Below, in pieces: positions 37,742 through 46,817 of a stretch of DNA of 64,000 bases (within the stretch, counting starts at the first letter, position 1; every line of letters begins with the position of its first letter). Origin of the DNA: a phage. The position numbers and the translations under genes were made by a program. Below the pieces are notes generated by a model. That model was not told the DNA's origin. It saw only the letters and a program-made list of their open reading frames with translations, and ran no database searches. The stretch is taken from the sequence record PZ357121.2; one strand, 5' to 3'.

Positions 37742-38235
37742 AACAATGGTTCCCAATCAACAATCACAATTTCTAGTTTAGTGGAATACGTATCAAGAAT
37801 TTCTTCAATGATATCCCAGTTTCCACCACCTATACCTGCACCAATTCTCGGCATATAAATCACAGGCTTTGTTATTTTATTCTTTCCGAATTCATTTAAT
37901 TCTATTATACAATTCATTAAAGCATAGTACTCGAAATTAGGTCCCGGCTCAAACTGTGTATAAAGATTAAAGCAATAAGCTTTATGGGTCTTAAAATATT
38001 TTTCATAAACCGAATAAGTCCCGAGTTTAGTCTCATCACCGAATTCGGTTTGAAGTTTATCTGCTTCTAAAATTTTTGGATAAGCCTTTGCTAATTGTCC
38101 TGCTACACCGGAACCCATTGTATGAAAACAATTACACCCATGAGCAATATTATTACCTTTAGAAAACAGGGCGACAATATCGCCCTTGATATAGTTTTTA
38201 ATCACTTGCTGCAAGTCCTCTATTATAAGAGTCAA
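37738..38235 (-). CDS. macro-domain protein (ADP-ribose binding/hydrolase fold)
   Basis: 165 aa; KGDIVALFSKGNNIAHGCNCFHTMGSGVAGQLAKAYP and C-terminal IYMPRIGAGIGGGNW resemble macro-domain motifs. Confidence 0.6.
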   Translation of the reverse strand: MTLIIEDLQQVIKNYIKGDIVALFSKGNNIAHGCNCFHTMGSGVAGQLAKAYPKILEADKLQTEFGDETKLGTYSVYEKYFKTHKAYCFNLYTQFEPGPNFEYYALMNCIIELNEFGKNKITKPVIYMPRIGAGIGGGNWDIIEEILDTYSTKLEIVIVDWEPLL

Positions 38236-38545
38236 CTAGACGGTCCACCATAGAATTGCATGCTGCCTTATCTTTAGGTTCCGCCACCGAGCATTCTAAT
38301 ATTTGCCATTTTTTATAGTATCTTTTAATTAAGGTAGACGCCTTGAACCTACTAGACGCCCCATCTTTTTCTCCGTCTTTATACGCATATAACAATTTTT
38401 GTGAAAAATCTACTTTACACTCTTGACTTTTACCACAATAATCAGACGCCGTTCTGTTTGTATACTCCGTTACATCAGTATATGTAGTATTAGCAAGAGC
38501 GCTAAATGAAACCAAGCCAACTATTAAAGCCAACATTTTGGTCAT
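38198..38545 (-). CDS. secreted Cys-containing protein
   Basis: 115 aa; signal peptide MTKMLALIVGLVSFSALA. Confidence 0.55.
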   Translation of the reverse strand: MTKMLALIVGLVSFSALANTTYTDVTEYTNRTASDYCGKSQECKVDFSQKLLYAYKDGEKDGASSRFKASTLIKRYYKKWQILECSVAEPKDKAACNSMVDRLVDSYNRGLAASD

Positions 38546-39084
38546 TCTTTTATTTCCAGTAGTTTATTTGATTTAAGGTAATTAGCCTTTTCTAGGACTT
38601 CAGAAGCATATTTACTTCCAGCACTTGTCTTCCATCCCGCATTATATGAGGATATAGCTTTTCTTATATCCCCATTATGTATATTTAACCAATAAGAAAA
38701 TTCGATATAAGCCCATCTGGCTGAATTAGACCGCTTAGATAGCATTTTCTTAATTTGGGCATCAGTCATATTATAACCAAGTTGGTTAATTCTTGCCCTC
38801 ATTGTTGGTAGATAATTTTGGAACATTCCATACGCATGGTGACCTTTCTTATCTTTAAGATTAATACCGGCAGATGATTCCTGCCATAGTATTGCGGCCA
38901 TTATGTATCCAAGTCCTTTCTTATGCATATTTTCATGCGTTTTAAATTTTCCGTCCTTAGAAAACTGTTCCCCAAACTGATAAGCATAATTCAAGTTATC
39001 GAGTTGGACATTACTAAAAGTATGCTCGGAGCTATGTGCTGATAATGAAAGAGCAAATAGACCAGCGAGTAGTGCTTTTCTCAT
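38542..39084 (-). CDS. periplasmic lytic-transglycosylase-like protein (SLT domain)
   Basis: 180 aa; signal peptide; SLT motifs ILWQESSAG, YGMFQ, AISSYNAGW. Confidence 0.65.
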   Translation of the reverse strand: MRKALLAGLFALSLSAHSSEHTFSNVQLDNLNYAYQFGEQFSKDGKFKTHENMHKKGLGYIMAAILWQESSAGINLKDKKGHHAYGMFQNYLPTMRARINQLGYNMTDAQIKKMLSKRSNSARWAYIEFSYWLNIHNGDIRKAISSYNAGWKTSAGSKYASEVLEKANYLKSNKLLEIKE

Positions 39085-39092
39085 GTTTACCT

Positions 39093-39551
39093 CTAGATTT
39101 TAATCACTGCTTTAGAAGCTTTTCCTGGTAGTCGTTTACTGTTAATAATAGCCATTCTGCATTGAAGAGTCTTCATTTTGAATGCTGGATTTTCGCGACA
39201 AACTGTAAGTCCTAACCAAAGATTTCCATCAGTTATTTCTAAACGGCCTGGGCGATATTCGACACCTTCGACAAAATCTTCATCAACATCTGGACGTGCC
39301 GGCATTGATAAAAATTCTGCAACTTCTTTAACATGATTTTTTACTTTACGAAATAATTCAAAAACGTAATTCTCATCTATTTCTCTCTGGATGGCACGAT
39401 CTAAGAGATGTTGAGAATACTTGATATGAAAGCCTGGTAGTCCAAGAGACTTTGCAGCATCTTTTATACTGGCATTTATTTTGCGGAACTCCGTTTCAAA
39501 GATTCGACGGAGTTTATTGCGGCGGATAAAAACGTCTGAATTGATAGCCAT
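39093..39551 (-). CDS. regB: endoribonuclease RegB
   Basis: 152 aa; MAINSDVFIRRNKLRR...HLLDRAIQREIDENYVFELF...RLEITDGNLWLG...CRMAIINSKRLPGKASKAVIK matches T4 RegB. Confidence 0.85.
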   Translation of the reverse strand: MAINSDVFIRRNKLRRIFETEFRKINASIKDAAKSLGLPGFHIKYSQHLLDRAIQREIDENYVFELFRKVKNHVKEVAEFLSMPARPDVDEDFVEGVEYRPGRLEITDGNLWLGLTVCRENPAFKMKTLQCRMAIINSKRLPGKASKAVIKI

Positions 39552-39558
39552 TTTGATT

Positions 39559-39608
39559 TCTCCTCTAGTTGACAGGTCTATAGTAACACAACTAGAGGAG
39601 AAGTAAAC
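39559..39608 (-). promoter_or_regulatory. early promoter (GTTTAC..TACTAT) inside a 13-bp-arm inverted repeat whose downstream arm carries the regB SD
   Basis: TCTCCTCTAGTTG ... CAACTAGAGGAGA; on the minus strand the proximal arm contains GAGGAG 8 nt before ATG 39551. Confidence 0.5.
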
Positions 39609-39907
39609 TACTCTTTGAAAGGAATTAACTTTTTAACTGCTTTAGATACTTCGTCACGAACCTGGTGGAAGTTCTTGAGCTGTTCAAGGCGTTGTTCGTA
39701 ATACGCAATCTCATCTTCTTCAAGACAATCGTCAGCGTCTTCTTTCAGATATGCCTTGTACTCATTAAAGAGGGCCCATAGGCGGTTCTCAAAGTCATCA
39801 AGGCTTTGAATTTTCTTGTGCTTCGGAACAAGGCCAAAAGGATTGCTTTCAGTTATGCGTCTAGATGCTTCATAATGAGTTCCAAAGCCTGATAGGATTT
39901 GAGCCAT
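39608..39907 (-). CDS. hypothetical protein
   Basis: 99 aa ORF. Confidence 0.55.
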   Translation of the reverse strand: MAQILSGFGTHYEASRRITESNPFGLVPKHKKIQSLDDFENRLWALFNEYKAYLKEDADDCLEEDEIAYYEQRLEQLKNFHQVRDEVSKAVKKLIPFKE

Positions 39908-40173
39908 TAGTATTTTTCCTCAGGTCGAAATACTGCACGACAGGCCCACATGCTGGCTTCTTTTAGATGTTGCTTAGCATACTTAAGAGCCTGTACTGCA
40001 TCCATATCTTCTTTGGTTTGTTGCTCTGTTTCATTTTCTTTCAAGATATATGCTTCTTCAATCAGAGCATCAAACAACAATCCAAGACGGACTTCTGCAT
40101 CTTTAATAGCGTTCACTTTACCGATTTTATCATCGGTATGCGGCTTGTAGCCTTTGATGTCTTCAATCGACAT
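39907..40173 (-). CDS. hypothetical protein
   Basis: 88 aa from ATG 40173 ([12 protein letters not shown]...), SD GAGGAAA; ORF-track N-terminal extension rejected. Confidence 0.5.
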   Translation of the reverse strand: MSIEDIKGYKPHTDDKIGKVNAIKDAEVRLGLLFDALIEEAYILKENETEQQTKEDMDAVQALKYAKQHLKEASMWACRAVFRPEEKY

Positions 40174-40387
40174 AAGGAATTTCCTCATCGGTGGCAAGGT
40201 CATATTCGACCAATTGGATAGGCTCATTAATACCATATCCACGTACAGTGATATCAGTTGTCGGATAGTTTCCAGTAATATCACCCATTCTAAATGATTC
40301 AATGAATGATTGCTCGCCTGAGCAACTAAACCAGGCGGCAAAACATTTTAAAACATCTTCAGACCCTTCTATAATCAATTTAGCCAT
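40163..40387 (-). CDS. hypothetical acidic protein
   Basis: 74 aa ORF. Confidence 0.5.
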   Translation of the reverse strand: MAKLIIEGSEDVLKCFAAWFSCSGEQSFIESFRMGDITGNYPTTDITVRGYGINEPIQLVEYDLATDEEIPYVD

Positions 40388-40749
40388 TATAGACTCTCAG
40401 TAAAGGTGCGAGCGATAACGTCACGCTGCTGTTCCGGAGTCAGAGAGTTAAAGCGAACTGCATAACCGGATACACGGATGGTCAGCTGCGGATATTTTTC
40501 CGGATGCTTAACTGCATCTTCCAGAGTTTCACGACGCAGAACGTTAACGTTCAGATGTTGACCACCTTCAATTTTAACTTTAGGTTGATGTTCAATTTCA
40601 ATTTCACGGGCATTCAAACCGTAGAAAATTTCTGGGTCTACAATAGCGTCTTCTTTAAAAGTCTTAGAGACAATAATCCGGGCTTGAGTACCGTCTTCAA
40701 AATAAATAGTGCCTTTGTGTGTGCCTTCAAGAATTTGATATGCTTTCAT
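40387..40749 (-). CDS. autonomous glycyl-radical cofactor (GrcA/YfiD-like)
   Basis: 120 aa; C-terminal glycyl-radical domain ...[32 protein letters not shown] as in E. coli GrcA (from memory). Confidence 0.85.
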   Translation of the reverse strand: MKAYQILEGTHKGTIYFEDGTQARIIVSKTFKEDAIVDPEIFYGLNAREIEIEHQPKVKIEGGQHLNVNVLRRETLEDAVKHPEKYPQLTIRVSGYAVRFNSLTPEQQRDVIARTFTESL

Positions 40750-40755
40750 ATAACC

Positions 40756-41064
40756 TCAATTAGAAAATAAATTTATCCAAGTTTTTTCTTTAATCAAAAA
40801 TGGGTTGGAATTAAACACCATTAAACTTTGAGTGATTAATCCCTTAAATGGCCCATCAATAAATTCCATTTTGAAATGTGGAATACTAGTCATCAACCGT
40901 GCATTAGGAGCAGTACAAAGAACCTGCTGACCTGCGAACGGACCTTTAGTCAAACGATATCGTTTAGGTTTAAAATGGTAAATCTCATAATTTTCTACAA
41001 GAGCCCTTTTATTGCATACCGGGCTATTATAACAATATTCAAAAACTTCAATAGTGGTCATCAT
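40756..41064 (-). CDS. hypothetical protein
   Basis: 102 aa from ATG 41064 (ATGA overlap with upstream stop). Confidence 0.45.
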   Translation of the reverse strand: MMTTIEVFEYCYNSPVCNKRALVENYEIYHFKPKRYRLTKGPFAGQQVLCTAPNARLMTSIPHFKMEFIDGPFKGLITQSLMVFNSNPFLIKEKTWINLFSN

Positions 41065-41600
41065 TGCATTCCAATCACAAAAAATTGAGGACGAGCAATA
41101 CCGCCGTTGCAATATTTGCTTTTGCAACAGTGTTGGACTGTTTTAATATGTACATTGTAAATCTTATCCATATCAGGAGCTTTAATAGGCTCGTCAATTA
41201 TATACAGAATACGAGAAAGCGTTAATCCACGGAATTTAGAACCTTCATTGCCAATAAAACTACGAACAGAATCAGTAAATAAACGGAATCGAATATCGTC
41301 GCTAGAATAACGAGAAAATTCTTTTTCAATGTTGCCAGCAGAAATTTTAGCATAAGCTGAAGTATTAGAAAGAACAATAACCGTTCCACCATCATACAGC
41401 CAATTAGCAGCAAAGTTAGTCACAGCAATTGATTTACCTGATTGTCGGCCACCGTCTAAACGAAGTGTACAGTACTGCTTGAGTACGTCTTCAAACGGTG
41501 GGACATAACCGTTCTTACAAATTTCTTCTACTCTAGCATCAGAATGGTGTGTAAAAGCATTCATCAGGGATAGATAAGGTCCAGTTAAAAATGTTCTCAT
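41061..41600 (-). CDS. P-loop NTPase (Walker A/B), start uncertain
   Basis: Walker A GGRQSGKS, Walker B LYIIDEP; early promoter GTTTAC upstream. Confidence 0.55.
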   Translation of the reverse strand: MRTFLTGPYLSLMNAFTHHSDARVEEICKNGYVPPFEDVLKQYCTLRLDGGRQSGKSIAVTNFAANWLYDGGTVIVLSNTSAYAKISAGNIEKEFSRYSSDDIRFRLFTDSVRSFIGNEGSKFRGLTLSRILYIIDEPIKAPDMDKIYNVHIKTVQHCCKSKYCNGGIARPQFFVIGMQ

Positions 41601-41776
41601 ATTATTTCTCTTAAGGTTTGGGCCATTCCGTGGCACATGTTAGGTCCTTCGACTCGCTATGTAAACCCATTACCGCATTGCGCTCGACCTTATTACAGGT
41701 TGGAAAAGGTACATCACTCAGAGGACTCGACGTTCATGAGGAGAGGTTGCGTTCCCCTTTATTAGACAGGAATTAT

Positions 41777-42037
41777 TTAAGCTTTACCACCAGAAACAAT
41801 TCCAAAGTTATCAAAATCGTATTCAATATCATCAGCATCCACTTTAGGTCCCGCTACGATGTATGCGATTTCGCGGCGCTTTGCATAGGTATTGATTTCT
41901 TTACCGTCACCACCTAAGAAAGAATATCCATTACGTTTTAATGAGCCAAAGTCTTCAGCATCACCTGCGAATGCTTTAACTTTAAATTTAGGGCCTTTAA
42001 CGACTGCTTCTGTGATAAATTCTTGATACGTTTTCAT
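41777..42037 (-). CDS. internal (capsid-injected) protein with capsid-targeting sequence, ipII-like
   Basis: Starts MKTYQEFITEA (T4 CTS consensus MKTYQEFIAE); 86 aa; adjacent to denV. Confidence 0.7.
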   Translation of the reverse strand: MKTYQEFITEAVVKGPKFKVKAFAGDAEDFGSLKRNGYSFLGGDGKEINTYAKRREIAYIVAGPKVDADDIEYDFDNFGIVSGGKA

Positions 42038-42052
42038 TTTTATGTCCATTAG

Positions 42053-42466
42053 TTAGTAAATTGATTTGCCATAATATTTGTACCAAGACGGCCGTTGAGC
42101 AATTTTTTCATCTAAGCGTGCTTGACTTATCGCAATGGACGCTTCGGACGGGTCATAATTATTACGAAATTCGGCAGGGATGTCGGAAATATCCTGGACT
42201 GTCGTGTCCTTGATTTTGAAACCACGTTTCAAGCATTCAGCGATTAGCTCGATTTGACGTAAACGTAAAAATTCGAGTTTGTCGTAAAAGAATGTTACGT
42301 GACCTGTGCCTAAGATAAATGTTGGAGAGATTTTAAAATCCTTTACACGTTTACCGTTTTGAACATGTTTACGGACTGCACCAAATACGCGTGGTAATTC
42401 ACGATACTCAGCCATAAGATGTTGGTCGGCCAGTTCAGAAACAAGTGTTAAATTGATACGGGTCAT
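42053..42466 (-). CDS. denV: endonuclease V (pyrimidine-dimer DNA glycosylase) DenV
   Basis: 137 aa from ATG 42466 ([34 protein letters not shown]...), SD GGAGG; matches T4 DenV. Confidence 0.92.
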   Translation of the reverse strand: MTRINLTLVSELADQHLMAEYRELPRVFGAVRKHVQNGKRVKDFKISPTFILGTGHVTFFYDKLEFLRLRQIELIAECLKRGFKIKDTTVQDISDIPAEFRNNYDPSEASIAISQARLDEKIAQRPSWYKYYGKSIY

Positions 42467-42524
42467 AATTTCCTCCAAGTAGTTGATGAATGTATAGTAT
42501 CAAAGTCCTTGGAGGAAGTAAACA

Positions 42525-42806
42525 CTATTTTTCTGAAGCGCCTGAAATATATTTTTCAAGACGTTGTTTCATTAGCGAGCCGTTCTTAGCGATTTCTTCC
42601 GGTTTATCGCACATACGTAACAAGGCTTCAAGCTTAGCGATATCGCTGGTACGTTCAAATTTGCGAGTATCTATCTTACTAGCAAGTTCAGAAATACGTG
42701 CTAATAGACTTTCAGCTTCAACCAAAGCTGCACCTAGCTTAGTTGCAAATGTGTCAGTAGCTTCGTTAAGAATAGATTCTGATAAAAATTCACTATATGT
42801 TTTCAT
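42525..42806 (-). CDS. internal (capsid-injected) protein with capsid-targeting sequence, ipIII-like
   Basis: From ATG 42806 starts [11 protein letters not shown]; ATGA overlap with e stop; 93 aa. Confidence 0.7.
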   Translation of the reverse strand: MKTYSEFLSESILNEATDTFATKLGAALVEAESLLARISELASKIDTRKFERTSDIAKLEALLRMCDKPEEIAKNGSLMKQRLEKYISGASEK

Positions 42807-43291
42807 ATATACGCTTTCCAAGTTCCTGTTTTAAATGTTGAGATTACGCGTTTCGCGCGATTAGGTGTCTGACGATACCATTTAGATTGGGCTAGATTTA
42901 CTGCCGCTTCATCCCAACGTTTCTGTTGAAGCATACGAAGAGAATTAGTAAAACCGGCGACTCCTGCTACACCCATTTGGAAGACCATATTGACCAATGC
43001 ACACCGACGAACTGCATCTAAAGAATCATATACCGGTTTAAGTTTAGCATTACCCAAGATTCCGCGGACGGCTTTATCAACGTCTTCATTAAATAGCTTT
43101 TCAGCCTCATCAAGGGTAATTGTACCGTTGCATTTACGTCCGATCATTCTGTCAAGTTCAGCTTTAGCTACGGCTAAAGACGGATTCTTTGTTACTAAAT
43201 GACCTATGCCAATCGTCCAAAAGCCTTCAGTGTCTTTGTATAAAGTCAGTCTAAGACCTTCGTCATTACGAAGCATTTCAAATATATTCAT
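42803..43291 (-). CDS. e: endolysin (T4 lysozyme e)
   Basis: 162 aa from ATG 43291: [32 protein letters not shown]...; SD GGAGG; near-identical to T4 lysozyme. Confidence 0.95.
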   Translation of the reverse strand: MNIFEMLRNDEGLRLTLYKDTEGFWTIGIGHLVTKNPSLAVAKAELDRMIGRKCNGTITLDEAEKLFNEDVDKAVRGILGNAKLKPVYDSLDAVRRCALVNMVFQMGVAGVAGFTNSLRMLQQKRWDEAAVNLAQSKWYRQTPNRAKRVISTFKTGTWKAYI

Positions 43292-43325
43292 AATACCTCC
43301 CACGTTTATAGGAGGTATTTATTAC

Positions 43326-43784
43326 TTATAGGAGGGTAGTGAGCACCTTATATAATGATTTGCCCATTACATATTCCCATTGAGAAGGTTTAATTAAAGC
43401 GAATGCATCAAATTCAGGAATCTGTCGTCCGTCTGGGAACGTATGATAGGAATTACAAACACTGTTTCTGAATTGCTCGTGCTCTACAGGGATGGTATAT
43501 AAGAACAGATGAATATTCTTATTGTCTGAGTAACGATGTTCACCTAGGTCTTTCAGGAAGGCAGGGTCATATTGTGTAAACCCAGTTTCTTCTTCGCATT
43601 CACGAATAGCGGCTTCGATAGGAGATTCACCGGGCTCGACACGGCCTTTAGGAATATCCCACCGATGAGCTAAAGAACCTTTAGGACGAGAACCAGTTAC
43701 ACGGCCCATGAATAACTCTTTATCTTTTGTCATGAAGATAATACCAGCTGATAGCTCTTTCACTTTATTTTTCTTACTCATCAT
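43326..43784 (-). CDS. nudE: Nudix hydrolase NudE
   Basis: Nudix box GRVEPGESPIEAAIRECEEETG; next to e as in T4. Confidence 0.85.
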   Translation of the reverse strand: MMSKKNKVKELSAGIIFMTKDKELFMGRVTGSRPKGSLAHRWDIPKGRVEPGESPIEAAIRECEEETGFTQYDPAFLKDLGEHRYSDNKNIHLFLYTIPVEHEQFRNSVCNSYHTFPDGRQIPEFDAFALIKPSQWEYVMGKSLYKVLTTLL

Positions 43785-44260
43785 CTCAAATTCCTGCATT
43801 CGGTAATAAAATGTTCAACTTCATTATTCTTGGCCTTTATCTTGTCTTTATGATCTTGTAAACTACTTTTAATAAGATTAATAATGATGGCGGCGGTACC
43901 GCCGCCAATGATGCCACCAACAACACTTATGATACTAGATGCTAATAAGATAGCAATAATATCAACAAAACCGAAAGAACTCACCTTAGTACTGAAAAAC
44001 CATATAGACGGTACAAATATAATCCATCCTGTTATCCATTGGCACTTATTGAAAAACCTTTCAAGCTCAGCTTGAGTTGTTCGTATTACTTCATCGATAG
44101 GTTGATATCCATTAATGTATCTGTTCACGATAATACCTGCTGGCTGGTCGATTTTAAATTCTTGACAAATATGTTTCACTAAGTAGGATGGACAGGATGT
44201 CCAATCTACTGAATAGTATGAAATACCTTCATTGCCATCGTCTATATTATTGTTAATCAT
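43781..44260 (-). CDS. membrane protein (C-terminal FITECR junction motif)
   Basis: 159 aa; TM segments; ends ...EHFITECRNLR. Confidence 0.55.
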   Translation of the reverse strand: MINNNIDDGNEGISYYSVDWTSCPSYLVKHICQEFKIDQPAGIIVNRYINGYQPIDEVIRTTQAELERFFNKCQWITGWIIFVPSIWFFSTKVSSFGFVDIIAILLASSIISVVGGIIGGGTAAIIINLIKSSLQDHKDKIKAKNNEVEHFITECRNLR

Positions 44261-44946
44261 TACCAGCCTTCCATAGGGAATTCCAGATAAACTTGAGCAT
44301 TGACACGAATTTCATTGGTAATCTTTTTAACTCGGTCTGTATTACGAGATACACGTCCGAACCAACGCCATCCATTACTAATTGCACGAGAACCAGTGTG
44401 CCATGTTTGCCAATCAAACTGAAGAAGAGTACGATCTGGAGCTTCCCATTTCTCTAGTTCACCTTTTTCGATTTTTTCGAGGACTTCTTTGTGCCACTGG
44501 CGATAGATAAGTTCGCCATCAGGAATCTGACCGAACTCTGCAGTTCCTGTTGCAAAATGAGTAGGACACACATCAGCGTTAACAAGACCAAGAATATGTT
44601 CAGAATGGTAACGAGGGTTGTCATAATCAGGTTGTCCTGCAGTAATAAAGTGTTGACCGGCTGGAATATCAGGGCGTGGTACGTCATCATGGTGATATCC
44701 AGGAATAGCAGGATACCAACCAGGCATCAACATGTGAACTCGTGAATCAAATACTACATCCGAGTCTTTCCAATCGCCAGGAAGATTTTGGATAAAGCTA
44801 CGAGTAATTGGACCGCCATTATCAAAAGCAAAATTCAAATCGCAGTTAAAGAACATAGGCTCGTTTTTAATCTGGTCGTTTTTAATCGCGTGAGCAAAAC
44901 CACCTACTGCACGAGCTTGGCTATTAAACACTTTAGAACTATTCAT
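44260..44946 (-). CDS. hypothetical protein
   Basis: 228 aa ORF; SD GAGGAAAA. Confidence 0.6.
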   Translation of the reverse strand: MNSSKVFNSQARAVGGFAHAIKNDQIKNEPMFFNCDLNFAFDNGGPITRSFIQNLPGDWKDSDVVFDSRVHMLMPGWYPAIPGYHHDDVPRPDIPAGQHFITAGQPDYDNPRYHSEHILGLVNADVCPTHFATGTAEFGQIPDGELIYRQWHKEVLEKIEKGELEKWEAPDRTLLQFDWQTWHTGSRAISNGWRWFGRVSRNTDRVKKITNEIRVNAQVYLEFPMEGW

Positions 44947-44947
44947 A

Positions 44948-45253
44948 TTATTTTCCTCGACATTCTTTAATGAAATTTTCTAGATTGGTAGATTCAATAG
45001 CTTTTTTACGAGCTTCTGCGTGTTCTTCTTCAGACAATTTACATTTATAATTGACCCAGACATTATGGTCGAAACTAGTCGTGGCATATAATAACAATGC
45101 TCCAACGAATAGCAAAAACGGCGATAAGAATACAAAACCAGGAACACCATCCATATCGTAAGCCTTTTGTAATACTGCAACAGAAAGAGCTGCGTAAAAA
45201 GGTGATGCAAATATTGTTAAAAGACCAATTCGGTTGGTTTCGCCTAATTTCAT
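44948..45253 (-). CDS. membrane protein (C-terminal FIKECR junction motif)
   Basis: 101 aa; two TM segments; ends ...ENFIKECRGK; PeSL promoter upstream. Confidence 0.55.
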   Translation of the reverse strand: MKLGETNRIGLLTIFASPFYAALSVAVLQKAYDMDGVPGFVFLSPFLLFVGALLLYATTSFDHNVWVNYKCKLSEEEHAEARKKAIESTNLENFIKECRGK

Positions 45254-45273
45254 AATATTCTCCTCATGTTTTA

Positions 45274-45311
45274 ATAGGACTACTATAACATAGTCCTATC
45301 ATGTTGTAAAC
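45274..45311 (-). promoter_or_regulatory. early promoter with palindrome (PeSL-type cassette)
   Basis: ATAGGACTA-CTATAACA-TAGTCCTAT then tgtaaac. Confidence 0.55.
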
Positions 45312-45323
45312 AGTTTTGCGAAA

Positions 45324-46280
45324 CTATTTGAAAGGTTTTACCATATGGAAATTTTGTTTGAAACGTTTGACGTAATCATCATGTCCTAAGCTTTGATACA
45401 TACTTACTACTTTGCTGTAGTTTTCCCAGGCATACTCACGGAACCAGCCGGAGGTTATGCTTGTGCAGACTTTTTCTAATGCTATCATAAAACTGGCTTC
45501 AGGGTTAATTTTAAAGTCATTAGGAATCTGAGAACGTTCTAATGCTAGTACACATGATTCTTCGTATACGCCGGCCAATTTGACCATTTCTGGCAATGAT
45601 TCAAACTTCTCGCGTGAGGTCATGACTTCAGAACCGTCTTTCATATAAAATGTATACGCTGGACGGTCTGTTAGTGCAATGGCTTCATGAATAGTATCAT
45701 GGTCGTATGTATAGATGTCATCTTTAAAGAACGCACTTTTAGAAGTGTCAAGAACTGGGTGAGCATAGTTCAAGGTTTCTTTCTGGCGTTTCAGCATAAT
45801 TTCAGTAAGTTCATCGTTCAGTGTAACACCTTTACCACGAAGATACTGAATATGGTTCATAGTCTTTAAAAAGAACGGATTATTTTTCTTGAAACGATGA
45901 GACATCTTAATTGCAAGACATATCTCAGGAGTTGCCCAGTAAAACCCATTCAAACGGTCTTTAGACAAATGTTTCTTGGCGTATTTTAAAAGGTCATAAG
46001 AAGACGTGAAATCTTCAGGAGTGAGTTCACCGACTAATTCACGGACATTAGTGATTGCCGGAACAATATACGCTTCAAAATGAGTTTCGCGTCCGTTATG
46101 GAAGCATTTGAAAACTTGGACATCAGGGTTATCTTGATGAACATATACACCCATCATTTGATTTTTGAATGTATTCCAAGAACCTTGGTCTGCAATAAAG
46201 TCCCAGTCACTATTTTTGATAGCGTTAGAATCAATAAGACCATGATAGTGAAGTGCACGAGAACCAATAACTAACATCAT
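45324..46280 (-). CDS. hypothetical protein
   Basis: 318 aa ORF. Confidence 0.65.
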   Translation of the reverse strand: MMLVIGSRALHYHGLIDSNAIKNSDWDFIADQGSWNTFKNQMMGVYVHQDNPDVQVFKCFHNGRETHFEAYIVPAITNVRELVGELTPEDFTSSYDLLKYAKKHLSKDRLNGFYWATPEICLAIKMSHRFKKNNPFFLKTMNHIQYLRGKGVTLNDELTEIMLKRQKETLNYAHPVLDTSKSAFFKDDIYTYDHDTIHEAIALTDRPAYTFYMKDGSEVMTSREKFESLPEMVKLAGVYEESCVLALERSQIPNDFKINPEASFMIALEKVCTSITSGWFREYAWENYSKVVSMYQSLGHDDYVKRFKQNFHMVKPFK

Positions 46281-46308
46281 AATATTTTCCTCGGATTAAT
46301 TCATTAAC

Positions 46309-46548
46309 TTAAATTTCACGACATGCGATATCATATTCATCCCAGAGGTCATCGTGTGAAGCCTCTACCAATGGAACGATTGTACCATTTATGTCTTCAT
46401 TATAAGGGCAAATTGTACAGTGCGCATCTTCGAATCGAATGCCTTTGTGTTCAGATTTTTTATAACGCATATCGAATATCTTTGCAAACTTTTCACGAGT
46501 AATGGTTTTAGCAACCACTTCGGTTCCAACACTTTCGTAATAAATCAT
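46309..46548 (-). CDS. hypothetical protein
   Basis: 79 aa ORF; PeSL promoter upstream. Confidence 0.55.
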   Translation of the reverse strand: MIYYESVGTEVVAKTITREKFAKIFDMRYKKSEHKGIRFEDAHCTICPYNEDINGTIVPLVEASHDDLWDEYDIACREI

Positions 46549-46567
46549 TGTGGACTCCGTTTAATTT

Positions 46568-46606
46568 GATAGGACTACTATAACATAGCCCTATCTTGTT
46601 GTAAAC
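46568..46606 (-). promoter_or_regulatory. early promoter with palindrome (PeSL-type cassette, one mismatch)
   Basis: GATAGGACTA-CTATAACA-TAGCCCTATC then tgtaaac. Confidence 0.5.
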
Positions 46607-46610
46607 TGTT

Positions 46611-46808
46611 TTAGCAAGAATAACTAGATGATACCCAGCCTTGAACAGTAATACTATTATTTGATACCGAGATCGCGTTCTGGAGATTCAGGCCTGCGTT
46701 ATCTTCAATCCACAATGTAACTTCTTCGCGTTCTTCTGTTGCAATTTGGAACAGGTTTTCTAGGGCAGCTACTGCCGTACGTACAGCACAATCTAATTCA
46801 CGAGACAT
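46611..46808 (-). CDS. small protein, paralog family member 3 (C-terminus GWVSSSYSC)
   Basis: 65 aa; shares MS(K/R) start, TTAAGGAA RBS junction and W-[VI]-[SA]-S-S-x-x-C terminus with two upstream paralogs. Confidence 0.55.
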   Translation of the reverse strand: MSRELDCAVRTAVAALENLFQIATEEREEVTLWIEDNAGLNLQNAISVSNNSITVQGWVSSSYSC

Positions 46809-46817
46809 ATGGTTTCC

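Noticed and set aside
41618-41917. Plus-strand 99-aa ORF across the 41637-41776 intergenic region
   Set aside because: Antisense to the internal-protein gene; the intergenic part carries a GTTTAC-type early promoter for the minus-strand P-loop gene.
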